Below, piece after piece: positions 39,576-52,574 of a stretch of DNA of 64,000 nt. How positions within the stretch are numbered: position 1 is the first letter of the stretch; every line of letters begins with the position of its first letter. Origin of the DNA: Camelus dromedarius (lineage: Eukaryota). The notes beneath the pieces were generated by a model. It worked only from the letters and a program-made list of their open reading frames with translations, ran no database searches and was not told the DNA's origin. The position numbers and the translations under genes were made by a program. The DNA lies in NCBI RefSeq assembly GCF_036321535.1, contig NC_087436.1, positions 16,058,001-16,122,000 of the forward strand, read 5' to 3'.

Positions 39576-40639
39576 TTAGTTTTATTATTAGAGTATCAGC
39601 TATGTAGTAATTTTTGTTTCCTTTCATTCACTTTTGTAGAAGATATTTGAAGCCAAACCATAAGCATATTTTTTTCCTGTTTATTTTTCTCTTCTCTGCT
39701 GACTTTATTTATTTCTTCTTACATGCACATAAAATTGGTAGAGTGAAAAATAAGTCTGAGCTATTTAGAGATTAGTTGAATGACAGACAAAACTTTTTTC
39801 ATCCTGGTCCATTTCTTTATTTTCTGTTCCCATTACTGATCGAATTCTCCATTTTGTCTTTCAGTTTGTGGTTGAAATACAGGGCAAATGAAATATAATG
39901 ATACTGTATTTTTTCTTACAGACTTTAAAGAAAACTTGTAATTATGAGAGTGCAAAGTATTTTAAAGTGAACCTCCCATTTATGCTTTCCTATTTGTCTT
40001 TTCTAATTCATTCTTTCTCTTCTTTTTATTTTAACCTTTCTTGTTTTTTCCCCTTATACTCTTTACTCTTATTTGAACATCTCACCTTAAAAAGGGTGTG
40101 AGAGAGGTGGGTTAGAATTAATGATAATTTTTTGAAGCTAAGCATGATACCATTTTGTTTCCCATGATGGTCCTACATTGGTGGTTAATGCATCCCATTG
40201 TCTGGCCACATTTCTTTCTTGATATACACTTTACGTAATCAGTTTTGTCATTTCCTGAAGAAATAGCTGATTAATAGATCTTGAGTCATCATAGCTTAAT
40301 AGCAAAGCAGTAGAATGGCAATTCTCATCCGAGCTTTGGTGTTTATTTACTTGCTTTATGGTTTTGGACATCTTTCTTAGCCTCTTGTATATTTATTTCT
40401 TCATCTATAGAGCAGGAACAGGGAAATGGTAAGCTTGACAACATGTATGTTTTTTAATTGTAGCTTTTCTGTCATTGTTATTTTCTTTACCTTAGATAAA
40501 AATGATGTTGATAAACAATCATGAAACTTATGAAATACTATCTTAGTTAAGTAAAGGGGTATTGTAAGTCCTTTTAAATGCTCAGATCACTTTAGTTTGA
40601 GCACCCAGCCAATGAGACCACATGATTACTACGGTGCAG

Positions 40640-40865
40640 TTTTGCATAGCTCTGACTTTCCAGTCAGATAACCTAGTGCATTAATCTTGGCTCTGTCATT
40701 TCCTAGCTATGTGAGCTAAGACACTATTGCCTCATGTTAAAATCAAGATAATAATGGTGCCTACCTACAGTAATTTTGTGAAGAGTAAATGGTATTTGAT
40801 AAATGTAAAGTGCCTGTTACCGTGAGTCTGTAGTAAATGTTTAATGATACAGCTATTATTGTTAC
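40640..40865. mobile_element. MIR SINE
   Basis: aatcttggctctgtcatttcctagctatgtga...ataatggtgcctacct...atgtaaagtgcct. Confidence 0.65.
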
Positions 40866-42694
40866 TTTTAAAGTTAAAAAGAGAGAATTTTTTTTATTCT
40901 AAGTAATCTTTAACATCATCCAAGGAACACTTATATGTCCCACAGTTCTCTCGGGACGCTTACCTCTGCCGTAGGGCCCTGATCCAGACTGATGCCATGT
41001 CAGCCCTGCAGGCTACCTCTTCCTCTCATACATGTGGCTTTTCCAGGAAGCTGCTGTTTTTTTCTTTATCTTGTTGTTTAAAGCATGGTCATAGACTTTT
41101 CCTTTTCTCATTCGTAAGCCTAACAACAGAAGGGCATCACAATGCAGAAAAGGAAAGGAAAGCCCATTACTGAATGTTGCATCTCCTAATTCATAGGTCA
41201 TGCGCCTGCGTAGATTTCCTCTTGACTTTCCTTGACCTCTGTCTCACTCCCTTTACCAGGTTGCAGGGGCTTGTTCAGCTACCCCCACATGGTGAGCTTC
41301 TTTGACCACATTCCTTCTTCTTACAGTCCAGGCCCGCCTGCCTCCAGTCTTAGAATGAAAAGAATGTTGGTTCTTTCTAGGTCCAAGCTTCATCTTTTTT
41401 TTTTTCCCCCCTCCCTCTGGTTGATTGACAGTGGGACCATCAGATTCCTTAAGGGCAAGTCCCACTCCAGTTTACCATATGTGTTCAGGTATATCTTCCC
41501 CACCTGGACTCTGCAAGCATATTTCTCAGTGTATTTCCAGAGTGTGCTGTATTCATTCTGGAATGCACTATTTTTAGTGATTCTTCTAGGATGTGTTTTA
41601 ACTGGTCTCACTTTCTATTTTAGCTTCTTGATAATGACCAGATTAAAAGCTAGGCTCACAGCGTTTTCAGCTGTCAGTCTTCTGTGGGTAACTTTTGAAT
41701 GGAACATTTTCATGCACGTATTTCAAAAAAAAAATCATACTTTTTAGATTTATATGTGAACCTAAAGAAAATATCATTGTTGGGCTGATATGTCTGCCTC
41801 TCTTTGAAAATTGTGATGCTTCTCTAGCTTTGAAAAACAGAGCTGTATTACTGGGCACTCCATTAAAGGTGGGAAGCTACAAAAAGGCAAAGGAACTGTA
41901 GCATAGGTTAAAGTGAACTCATACCAATGAGCAGTGCTAAATTAAATAAATTAAATCCAAATTGAAAAATGTTTTTTCTTCATTATCCTCTTAGTATATT
42001 CTGATTATATACAATATATTCTTGATAGAGAACTGGATCTGTTACTGCCATTGAAAAATCTCTTCCAAGAAAAGGTCTGAATATACTCCTTGTGGATAGA
42101 TCAAGCCTGTATTTAAGGTTCAAGTTTATGATATATCCTAGTTATCTTAACAGTTGATCAAATCAACTGTTTATATATGTTAAATGATTTATATAAACCT
42201 TTGAGGACTAATTTTTTTAAATGAAGGAAATAGATACAAACACATTAGGCACCCAAGGAAAATATCAACAAGCATGTATTGGTATATTTAAAAAGAGCTG
42301 TGGTCATTACATGTCTTATTCTTTTATTCTTATCTTTCCTTTATGTTGCCAGATTTTTTTTCTTTTTTCTATCTTAACTGAACCCGTTCTTCTTGGTGAA
42401 CAGTTACTTAGCCTTTTAATTCCCTTGTGAAACCATCTCTGGTTTGGAATAGTTCTTTCTTGCTCTTTCCAGACACACCATACATACTGTTTTTAGCAAT
42501 TACCTCAAATTGTAATTATATATATATTTTCCCCCATCTCTCAACTATGTTGAGATGGTGGAAGAGAGGGATTGTTTGCTGTGTAGTTTGTTAACTTCAT
42601 GACTAAGTCTACAATGAGTGTTCGGTGTTACTGTATATGCCTGTCAACATTCGGATTATTTCACGTCTGTTATTAATGGATTCTTAGGAAAAGC

Positions 42695-42830
42695 ACATCA
42701 CATTATATCCTTTTTATATGGGGAAACTGAGGCATAGGGAGGTTAAATACCTTGCCTGAGCATGAATGTGTCAGAGCCAAGATTTAAACTCAGGTTGTCT
42801 GGCTCTGGAGTCTGTGCTCTTAACTATGTT
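42695..42830. mobile_element. MIR SINE
   Basis: atggggaaactgaggcataggggaggttaaataccttgcctgag...gatttaaactcaggttgtctggctctggagtctgtgctcttaac. Confidence 0.8.
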
Positions 42831-44849
42831 AACTATGGTTTTTATGACAATGAATTAATGACTTTTTGTCTTTCTTGTTTTCATGCTTGTTCTTAGACTA
42901 CTTTTATTTGAAACTTAAGCCTAAGACTTACCTATTTGTAGTTTAAGTGTGTAAATGTAATCATATTAGCCTAGTATAAGTATGAGACCCTAGTTTTGTA
43001 TGCTTTCAGTAAACCTAATGGTTAGATAGATATGTTGAGTTAAAAGATTATAGGATTTGCTTAAGTTATCCAGCTCTTGTGCAGATTAGCAAAAAGTAAA
43101 GCTTAAACTTCTTGATTCTTCTCTTTGTGTGTCTATGCATTTGTGTATAATTATATAATCTTATGTGAAGATACATTTCTGTCTCATATTATTATTTTTA
43201 AAAATATAATTACTTGAGTTTAACCTCATCTATTTAAATTTTACATTAATTTTATTGATCACAAATACTAACCATATTTTACTTTATTTACCAAACTGAT
43301 GTATGATGTATGCAGGCATTGTTAAAGAAATCAGCTTGTGTTTTTGGAAGGTGTTTTGGTATTTACTTAAGAATTTTGTGATTTTTATTGTTAATAAGTA
43401 ATGAAGTCATGAAATAATAACATTTTATTTGCATTTGACATACAAATGGAAACTGTAGCCCTGTTTTTAGTATTTTCTTGCCTTTACAAATATATAAAAG
43501 CTCTTTTTAGTATTTACTTGCCTTTACAAATGTGTAAAAGCTTTTAAAATAATTTTTTCATTATCAAAAATCTAAAGTAAAAAATTAGAACTTATATTAA
43601 TCTTCAAATTATTTAAAAATACTGTTTGAAGACTTTAAGTTGTAGAGATAAGAGCCCAACACACTGTATTCAGTCCATTAAAACAATAAGAAATGGAAGC
43701 GATAGTTTGATAAGTGTTCTGCCTGTTTTAACCTTGAATGCTATTATCAGGGGGATGATGCTATATCTGTTTCATTGGCTTAGGCTTTTTCATGCTGAGA
43801 GAAATCAATACTTTGAGGCGTTGGATGACAGAGGAATCACTTCAGAATTAAAGGTGGCTGTCACACATTGTCATTGGTTGACTTTCTTTTGCTGCTGAGA
43901 TTTTTAAGCTTTCATTTTTCTAAGTCTTTTTCAGGAGTCTTTGTAAGATTTCTCTGGACAACCTCTTTTTTTTTTTTTTTTTTTTTTTTTTATGGTTAGA
44001 CTTCAAATCTGAGTTAAGAGATCAAGAGCAAAGATCTCCAAAATTGAAGTATTGAAAGGCTTCTTAATTTGTTGTCCCTTAGGTGATTTCCCTTTTAAAT
44101 GGTTTACAATGAGACAAGTTATTTATAGTATAAGTGATTTTGAGATAAATTGTGATGTAAGGTGTATACAAAGTGTTTACTGGAAGGTATGTTTAGTTAA
44201 CTGAAAATGCAATACTCTGTGTGTAGCCATGAGAAAGAATGAAGGTAGACCTATATGTCCTGACATGGAATGGTGTATAGTTTGATTTCATTTACATAAG
44301 AACTATAGTTTACCATTGACAGTGTCTACCCCTGTAGAGAACAGTGAAACAGGGAGGAGGTGGAAGGCAGAACTTTCTTTTTATTTCATTTAAGAGATTA
44401 CTTTTTGATTTGATTTTAAAAGCAAGTATAAGTTTCTTTTTAATTTTAAAAATGTTTGAAACACGAAACTTATAAAACCAATGCATTTCAAGTGCTTAAT
44501 TAACATTAAATGTTACTAAATTAGGACAGAGGCTTACATGCTAGTTTAAAAGTTTTACCCTTGAAAACTGGAATTTACTTTTATTTCACAATATTATGCA
44601 GACTTATTGAAAATTTCCTTTATAATCTGTTTCTCATAAAATATACAGAAACTTAACTCTAGGGAAAATGTGCATTTAATATTAATTTACCTCCTTTTCT
44701 TGATACTGAAAGTGTTTGTGAGAAGACCTCTGTATATCTATCCAGTCACAACCCCTTTTGCTCCATTAAGCTAAATAATCTTACATTATGAAATGACTTA
44801 TTTTCTTCTGTTTTTTCTTTCAATACTTAAACATGTTTTTTTATCATTA

Positions 44850-45340
44850 TAATTTCTTTACCAGTTTTTGAACTTAATATAAATGGCATCAGAATGGGTT
44901 TTGCCTGGCATTTTTAAGTTCAACAACATTATGCTTGTGAGATTCATTTGATTTGTTACATTTCCCTATTTTGTTTTCAATGCTGTATGATATTCTGTTA
45001 CATTAGTAGAACAGTAGTTTCTCCTAATCTCTGCTACTGTTCATTGGCAAGTATGTTGTTTCCAGTTTTAACTGTTATGAACAATGCTGCTTTGAACATC
45101 TTGTAGTCTTTTGGTGCACGTGGTCATGAATTTCTGTAGGGTGGGCTTACTTGACTGTGAAGTGTTCATGTTTTCAATTTTAATAGATGTTGCCACACTC
45201 ATTGCAAAAGTGTGTACCACTCCCAAAACCAGTATGTAGCTGTTTTCATTACTCAGTATTCTTACCAACAACTGATCAGTGTTTTTTATTTTAGCATTCT
45301 GGTAGTTGTGTAATGGTGTCTCACTGTGTTTTGTTTTGAA
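44850..45340 (-). mobile_element. Old L1M fragment
   Basis: ttgtttccagtttttaactgttatgaacaatgctgctttgaacatc...ttttagcattctggtagttgtgtaatggtgtctcactg. Confidence 0.7.
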
Positions 45341-45376
45341 TTTTATTTACATTGAAAGTGTCCATCTTTTCTTCTG

Positions 45377-45675
45377 TTTTTTTTTTTAACATTTTTTTAT
45401 TGAGTTATAGTCATTTTACAATGTTGTGTCAGATTCCAATGTACAGCATAATTTTTCAGTTATACATGAACATATACATATTCATTGTCACATTTTTTTT
45501 TCACTGTGAGCTACCATAAGATCTTGTGTATATTTCCCTGTGCTATACAGTATAATCTTGTTTATCTATTCTACATTTTGAAATCCCAGTCTGTCCCTTC
45601 CCACCCCCCCCATCCCCTTGGCAACCACAAGTTTGTATTCTATGTCTATGAGTCTGTTTCTGTTTTGTATTTATT
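45377..45675 (-). mobile_element. Young L1 3' UTR, same family as 2218-2888
   Basis: Near reverse complement of 2585-2890 (ttggcaaccacaagttt, gtgagctacca, gtcattttacaatgttgtgtca). Confidence 0.92.
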
Positions 45676-45934
45676 TTTTTTAATTTATTTTTTAGTTTTT
45701 TATTTAAAAAATTTAAGAGATTATATTTTATCTATTTTTTTTACTTTTGTGAAGTACTTGTCTGTCTCTTTCCCAGTTTGTTCCTAGTTATATGTCCTAT
45801 TGGTTGTCTATTTTTCTGATTTGTAGAGGGTATTTACCTGTTGATACAGGAGCTAATTTTTAAAATATGAATATTTTAACTACCTTCTTTCCTGTTAATG
45901 CCTTTCCTATTAACTTTTAAAAATACTTCTTAAG

Positions 45935-46490
45935 TATACTTTATTAAATGAAGTATACTTTATATGAAATAAAATACACTCATTTTAAGTATACAGTTTG
46001 ATGAGTTTTCACATGTGTGTATACCTGTGTAACTGTCACAATCAAGATACGGAAAATGTCTGTCATCTCAGAGAATTCCCTTGTGACTCACTGTGGTCAG
46101 TTCCTCTCCATATACACATATGTACCCTAGGTAGCTGCTCATCTGGTTTCTTTTATTATAGATGGTTTTGCACATTATATACAGTTTCATATAAGTGGAA
46201 TTACACAGTAGGTACTCTAATATGTGTATTCTTTTGGTCAGCATAAAATCTTTGATATTAATCCACATGGTTGTGTGTGTTACTCTTCTGTTTCTTTTTA
46301 TTGTGGAGCAACATTACTTTGTTTATCCATTCATCTATAGGTGGATTTTCAGTCCTTTCCAGTATTGGGCTTTTATGATTAAAAGCACTGTGGGCATTTT
46401 CATATAATTTATTTTATGTTATCATTCATTTTGAGAAATACCTAGGAGTAGAATAGCTAGATAGTGTTGCAAATATATGTTTAGGCTTAA
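45935..46490 (-). mobile_element. L1MB/MC-like 3' end
   Basis: aaaatacactcattttaagtatacagtttgatgagtttt...gaaatacctaggagtagaatagct. Confidence 0.78.
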
Positions 46491-49400
46491 TAAAACAAGA
46501 AAAAATGCAATGACAGTAAAGGGCAGAGAGTTATAAGCACTCTAAGGGAGGATTTTCATGTTTATTTCTGCAAAATATATTAATGTTTAGTATTCTATCC
46601 CTTTAATGCAAAATTTGTTGTGTATTCCTTAGCTTCTGACATCTGAATTTAAGATTTGTATTATTTCTTTATTAAACATTTAATATTTTCTAATAAAATT
46701 TAAAGCTATAAATTTTACTTTAAATGCTGTTACAGCCAATTCTCCTACAAATTTTCTAATTTTCCTTATGACTTCATCTTTGATATATAACGTTATTTGG
46801 AGATGTATTGTTTAATTTCCAATTACTTTGGAACTTTTCAGACTTTTTTTTCACTTTATGTCTTCAAGAATCAAAAGGAACTCTAGATTTCTTTAACTCT
46901 TTCTCTGCATGAATTCCTCTTTTCTAGTGGTTTGTGTTTCAGATTCCCATTTTACCTTCTCAACAGACATCTTCACACTTGTTTCACATATGAAAGCTAT
47001 GGGAAAAATATGTTTTCTGGCCTTTGAAAATGTTTTGAGGTTATTTGGTGATTAGTGTATCATCTGAGTGTATCTGGCACATAGGATGGAGAGACAGGCA
47101 TGTTGAAAGATCGTATACCACATTACTGAATTATAAAAGGCCACAAGATCTGGCTAGTAAAGTTTGGTTCTAATTGTTTAATATTTTAGACAGTTGTGTA
47201 CTTTTTTGTGGGTGGGGTATATAAGTCTATCTGTGTTACACCAAAGTGAATTCTTTTAGAAATAATTCTGGGACTGGTCATAAAAGGGCAGTTAGAAGAT
47301 GATTTCAAGAGCTGAGTTGTGAGCTGATAAAGATCTGTATTAGGGCAGTGATAAGAATGATTAAGAGGTTTTGCTAAAATGGATTGATGAGATATGAAGT
47401 GAGGGAAATTAAGAAGTCACAGATGACAAAAATAGAGTAGCTTTCTCTTCAGTGTAATAGCATGTTTGGGAGAAAGATGTTAGTTTCAGTTTTGTCCACT
47501 TTAAATTTCAGATACTTATTGAATGATTGGAGATTATCCTACAGATGGAAATGTGAGGTCAGATCTGAAAAATTTGAAAGCCAGCTCTAAATTGATAACA
47601 GTACATTATGTGGGTGTGTATCGTATTGCCAAGAGACATTGCACAAGACCTTGAGAAAATGCCAACATTTCAAAGGTGGTTGCGGTGATTACAGGAGGAT
47701 GATAGAGAAATCTGCTTAATTTTACTCCTCTCTGAGCTTTCATGCAAAGTTCTAGTAATGAACTTGTGTAGAGACATAGCATCTAGAAGGAAAGACTAAA
47801 TGTGGCTAAATGTGGTGTTGTCTTTATTTACATTTAAAGAGCCAGAATAGATATTTGAGTTATAAATGGCCAGTCTAAATTGTTTCTCTCTTTAGATATT
47901 ACTTTATTTTTGCCCTGCAAGTAAGTGAATTTAAGAACTAGGTTTATTTATCTTATATGCTATAATTCTATGGTAATAAATCTCAAGACTTCTTTAGCAA
48001 TAATCAAATGTATTTGAATTGTTAGTTCCCAAGATGGTTATTTCTTTTCTTTTTAAGATTCAGATTTTTGGCGGCTCATTGTTGTGATGTTACATTACTT
48101 AGTTACTTAAAATAGGAAAACAGAAAGTTGATGTAATGTAAAATTGAATGAAAACAGGAAAACAGTAAAGTTAATGTAAAATAAAATTGAATGAAAGTTG
48201 ATGTAAAATTGAGTTAATACTAGGGCTGGCCCTTGATTTTATTGATAGATGGTACATTTGGGTAGCATCTCTTGGAGTACCTCCACTCAACCTTTAAACG
48301 CAAGCACACACAAACAAATATATATATATATATTCCTTAAGTAACGTGTGTTTGATCTTAAAGCATATTCCTTATCTGTACTTGACTTTGAATGGTAAGT
48401 CAGACATTGAATATGTTACTGTTTTTTGATAAGAATGTGTTCAAATTCCATTTTAAAGATATTTTTAGGAGTGGTTACATGCTCATTATATCTTTACAAA
48501 ACATTCTTGTTTGGTTTCCTTTTACTGTATTTTAAGGTTAGATGTGACTCTAATGTTCCACAATGAGACAGAGATTGATAATCTGGAAAGAATAGCCCTT
48601 TAATGTGATTTATATCTATAGATTTTATGTCAGATATGAAAAGTTGCTGTTTAAATTGTAAAGGAGGATCCATTAAAGAACACTTTAATCCATTTTGCTA
48701 TTTAACTTACCTTGGATTCTTCTTTTTAGAATTATGCGTTTGCAAGCAAACTTTAGTGGCTTACTAAATGTTTGCAAAATATGATTTGATAAAGTTAAAT
48801 TATTCTAATATTTTATTAAATACAGAAGTAATAGGCCATTTAAGTCTTTTTTGAGTACTTTTAGTACATTTAATATGAGGTATCTGATATTTCAGGGGAG
48901 TATAGACGCCAGTTATTTTCTAATTATCATCAAGAATTTTAATTTCCTCTTAACAAGTGAACTTAGACAAAGGCAGACTATGTATACAGTAGGGAATATT
49001 GAAGGTGTAAAAATTCTACAGCTATCTACTGTTTTGTCCTGTTGGCGTCAGTGTATGGTTGGGTTAGCTATGAAGTAACCTTTAGAGTGCTCCCTGGTTC
49101 CGGGAGCAATCTCTGAAAATATCCATAGCAGTTGACATTTTTGTTACATTGGAATAATTCCCTAGTAGTTATCTTCATTTAAACTACTTCCCTTCAAATA
49201 TTTTTTAATTACATTTTCTTTTATTTCCTCAAATCATATTTTTGACAAACTGAACTATCTGTCGTTTGTTTGGCCCACTCTTTTATTTTTAATATACGTA
49301 TGGCACTTGCCTTTCATTTCGTATAAATTAATCTAGTGTTTAGCATGCTTTATTTTCTCCACATCAATGTTTATGTAAAAGAAGTACTTTGCCTTTACCA

Positions 49401-49550
49401 GTGTACAAAAACTAACCTTAGAGGTTACCTAGAGTCTTCTAATTATATAATTCTTAGCACTTCTTAAATCCTCTCATTTTGCAGATGAGGACAGTTAGAC
49501 CTAGTGAAGTAAAATGAGTTAGTTGTCCAAGACTGATAAGAGATAACTGC

Positions 49551-49784
49551 GGGGGGCAGGAAGGGTATAGCTCAAGTGGCAGAGCGCGTGCTTAGCATGC
49601 ACGAGGTCCTGGGTTCAATCCCCAGTACCTCCTCCAAATATATAAAAAAAAATAAACCTAATTGCCTCCCCCTCATAAAACAAACAAAAAAGCAAAACGT
49701 ATGGGGAAAAAAAAGAATCTGGTAAAAGAGTAGATCTCTCATGTTCTTACTACAATCAAAGAAAAAAAAGCCTAAAAAAAAAAA
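49551..49784 (+). mobile_element. Young vic-1-like SINE with an extra 3' segment, inserted in a MIR
   Basis: gggtatagctcaagtggcagagcgcgtgcttagcatgcacgaggtcctgggttcaatccccagtacctcc with CpGs retained. TSD aagagataactgc (49538-49550) / aagaggtaactac (49785-49797). Confidence 0.92.
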
Positions 49785-50198
49785 AAGAGGTAACTACCAA
49801 GGATGATGCTTTGTTCTAGTTTTTGTTTTGCTTCCCAATCTTGTATTTATTCATATATATATAATACATATTCATATATATATACTATTATTTCTAGTTT
49901 TTTTCTTTTTTTTGAGTCCTCACTCTGCATTCCAGAACTTCTTCAGTCTGTTACTTCTTCTACCTGTATTTAGTACTTGGGTCAAATGGTACTGCATCCT
50001 CCTTTCTGAAAGTGACCCATGTTTCTGCCTTGCCTTTGCTTTAAGGTTTTTTAAACACCTGTCTAAGAATAAGTTGTCTTCTCAAAATGTTCAATTTTCT
50101 GTCTTCCTTCATAGACTTTCATATACACCACTTATTTTCTATATACCTTTTTATTAAAAATTATTTTTAGCTTCAGTTATTTAATGTCAGTGACATAA

Positions 50199-50540
50199 CA
50201 GTCAGTCCTCTGTATCTGCAAGCTCTGTATCTGTGGTTTCAACCAACCGCAGATAGAAAATATTAGGGAAAAAAAAATTCTGGAATGTTTCAAAAAGCAA
50301 AACTTGAATTTGCTTGTGTGCCTGGTAACTATTTATGTAGCATTTACATCATATTAAATATTATAAGTAATTTAGAGATTTTTTGAAGTACAGTCAGCCC
50401 TCTGTGTATCTGCAGGCTGCCTTCTGCTGATCTGGAGGGCCTGCTGTATTCTTTGTACTGTGGCCATTTTATGAAAGAGATTTAAGCATCTGCAGATTTT
50501 GGTGTCCATGGAGGTGTCCTCCTCATACAAGGGAAAACCG
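50199..50540. mobile_element. MER2-like Tigger element
   Basis: cagtcagtcctctgtatctg...caaaaagcaaaacttgaatttgc...agcatctgcagattttggtgtccatgg. Opposite orientation to the copy at 29704. Confidence 0.75.
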
Positions 50541-51574
50541 TACTTTTATTCCCACTTCCTTCCTCACAGTCGAGAAGGAATGGGGATTCTCCAGGGCAAA
50601 GGCTATCAAGCTAATTCAACCTTTGATCCCTGCAGCCTAGTGTTTTGCACAGACTAAGAGATACTTGATTCCTTATGTATGTACATGAACACCATATCAG
50701 TTGGGTTGCTTATGGTGTTAGGAACGGAAAACCCAATTTATACTGGCTTTCAATGAATGAATAGGAGTTTATAGGTTTTCATAAAAAGTCTTAAAAAGAA
50801 GATTTCACAAAAATTCTAATGGTAGGCTTGTCTTTGATTGATCCAGAAGTTCATGATTCCATTTGGAATAAACTATTTCTGTAATTCCTATAGCTCTGCT
50901 CCCTTTGGGTTTTGGCTTCATCCTTAGGCTTGTTTCTCTCTTGGTGCATTAAGAGCTCTCAATACTCCTGGAATTATGTACTTTCTCTTTTACACCCTAA
51001 GAGGAAGGAAGGAACTAACCAACAAAACTCCTGACCTTTCTTCTTAATGCAACAATTGGACCAAGTGCCCTTCTCTGAGACAGTTTGTCTTTGTGAGTGT
51101 GACTGTTATCTTCATTGGTTTAGGACATTGAGGCCCTCTTTTGTCGCTGAGCCATTTCTGGGATACTGTATGGCAAAAGTCTGAATTGGTGTGCAATAGG
51201 AAAGGCATGCAATCACAGTGCGTGTCACATACATAAACTAGCGACACTTGTTCCAATGTCAGATTTTTGTTACTCGTCATAGGTTGTGTACTCATCATAG
51301 GCTGTGTACACATGTGAACGTATTGTGAGCTTGCATTTGGAGGTTAAGGGGAGGAGCCCAGTAGACCCTGTGACTAGAATTAAGGATTAAGTTTACGTAA
51401 TCTTTGTTTTTTATTTTGAGCAATTAATAGATAAGTATAGCACCATAAACACGACACCTTAAGTATCTTGAATTCCAGAAGAAAAGAAATAAACATCTTG
51501 GAAACTAGTGATTTACTGTATTGGATTATTGCTAAAGAATCTTAAAAAATCTTGAAAATTGATGATATCTAAGA

Positions 51575-51730
51575 CAGTACTTTACAAACTTTAATGTATA
51601 AATCACCTGGAGATCTTATTAAAAATCCAGATTTTGATTTAGTAGCTATGGGGTGGGACCTATAATTCTTCATTTTTAGCAAGTTCCTAGGTGATTCCAG
51701 TGCTGTTCGTCCATTTTGCATAGCTAAGGT
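51575..51730. mobile_element. MER5-type hAT MITE
   Basis: aatcacctggagatcttattaaaaatccagattttgatttagtag...gcaagttcctaggtgatt. Confidence 0.72.
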
Positions 51731-52407
51731 TTAAAAGACCAAGCTTTTTGTCATTTTTAAAGGTGTTGAGAACTAGCTCCGTTTATTATTGTAAGCCACC
51801 ACTGTGTCTTTTCGGGACCTCTATGGTGGCTTATAACTGATCTCCATCCTTAACTCTGTTGTCTTCTTACCTTCTGTTCTTTAAATGGCACTATAGTGAT
51901 CATTTTAATATGTAAATCCATCACATCATTCCCCTGCTTAACCTTCCACTGGTTTCCCATTGCATTAGAATAAAATCTCAACTCTTTCCCATCACTGCAC
52001 AATACTAACTGGTGCAGCCTCGCCTACCTCTCCAAACTCATTTCATATCATTCTTCCTCTTATTCCCTTTGCCTAAAGTGCTTTGTTGCTGCTCTTCATG
52101 CTGCTTGTAATGTTGACCCCTGCATTTTCACATGACTAGCTTCTCTTTATTCAGGTCTCTGCTTAAATATTAACCACTTCTGAGTGTATCTTATGAATGA
52201 CTTCAGAGAAATAAATTCTTAGGGGATTGTTTTTCCTGAGACAGTAGATCATTCCAACTCTGTCAGTTCAGTTAATGAGGGATGTAAAAGTCACTTTAAA
52301 TTTTTGGTTGGTTCAATTCATACTAGAGATTATTTTATAATGCATTTTGAAGTTCTTTTCCCCCACATTTTTATAGTATTAATAGATGTTTCTTTTTCCT
52401 ATCCAAG

Positions 52408-52574
52408 TCACTGTGTGCCCAGTATTCTGCAGACAAACGAGAAGATGAGAAGATGTGTGATCATTTGATAAGAGCAGCTAAATACCGAGACCATGTGACA
52501 GCAACTCAACTAATCCAGAAAATTATCAACATTCTCACAGACAAGCATGGAGCCTGGGGAAATTCTGCAGTGAG
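52408..52574 (+). CDS. LRBA: LRBA internal coding exon, 167 bp (DUF1088 region)
   Basis: Acceptor tttctttttcctatccaag|TCA and donor GAG|gtaaag. Translates to SLCAQYSADKREDEKMCDHLIRAAKYRDHVTATQLIQKIINILTDKHGAWGNSAV plus AG. Splices in frame to the 9632-9740 exon (..AEFE|SLCAQ..). Confidence 0.96.

Larger units (their letters stand above)
9741..52407 (+). other. LRBA: GT-AG intron of LRBA, 42,667 bp
   Basis: The two flanking exons encode contiguous LRBA protein, so no constitutive exon lies between them. Confidence 0.9.

Noticed and set aside
41232..41747. 171-aa ORF, the longest in the track
   Set aside because: Begins at TTG, has no recognisable homology and is intronic between two contiguous LRBA exons.
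48110..48215. CRISPR-like or regularly spaced repeat
   Set aside because: Irregular degenerate AT-rich local duplications with no repeat-spacer periodicity, in eukaryotic DNA.
49561..49635. tRNA gene
   Set aside because: A/B boxes are followed by a SINE tail, poly(A) and TSD, and there are three other copies in the window. It is a tRNA-derived SINE.
9632..52574. NBEA instead of LRBA
   Set aside because: Diagnostic residues ([28 protein letters not shown]) fit recalled LRBA rather than NBEA.
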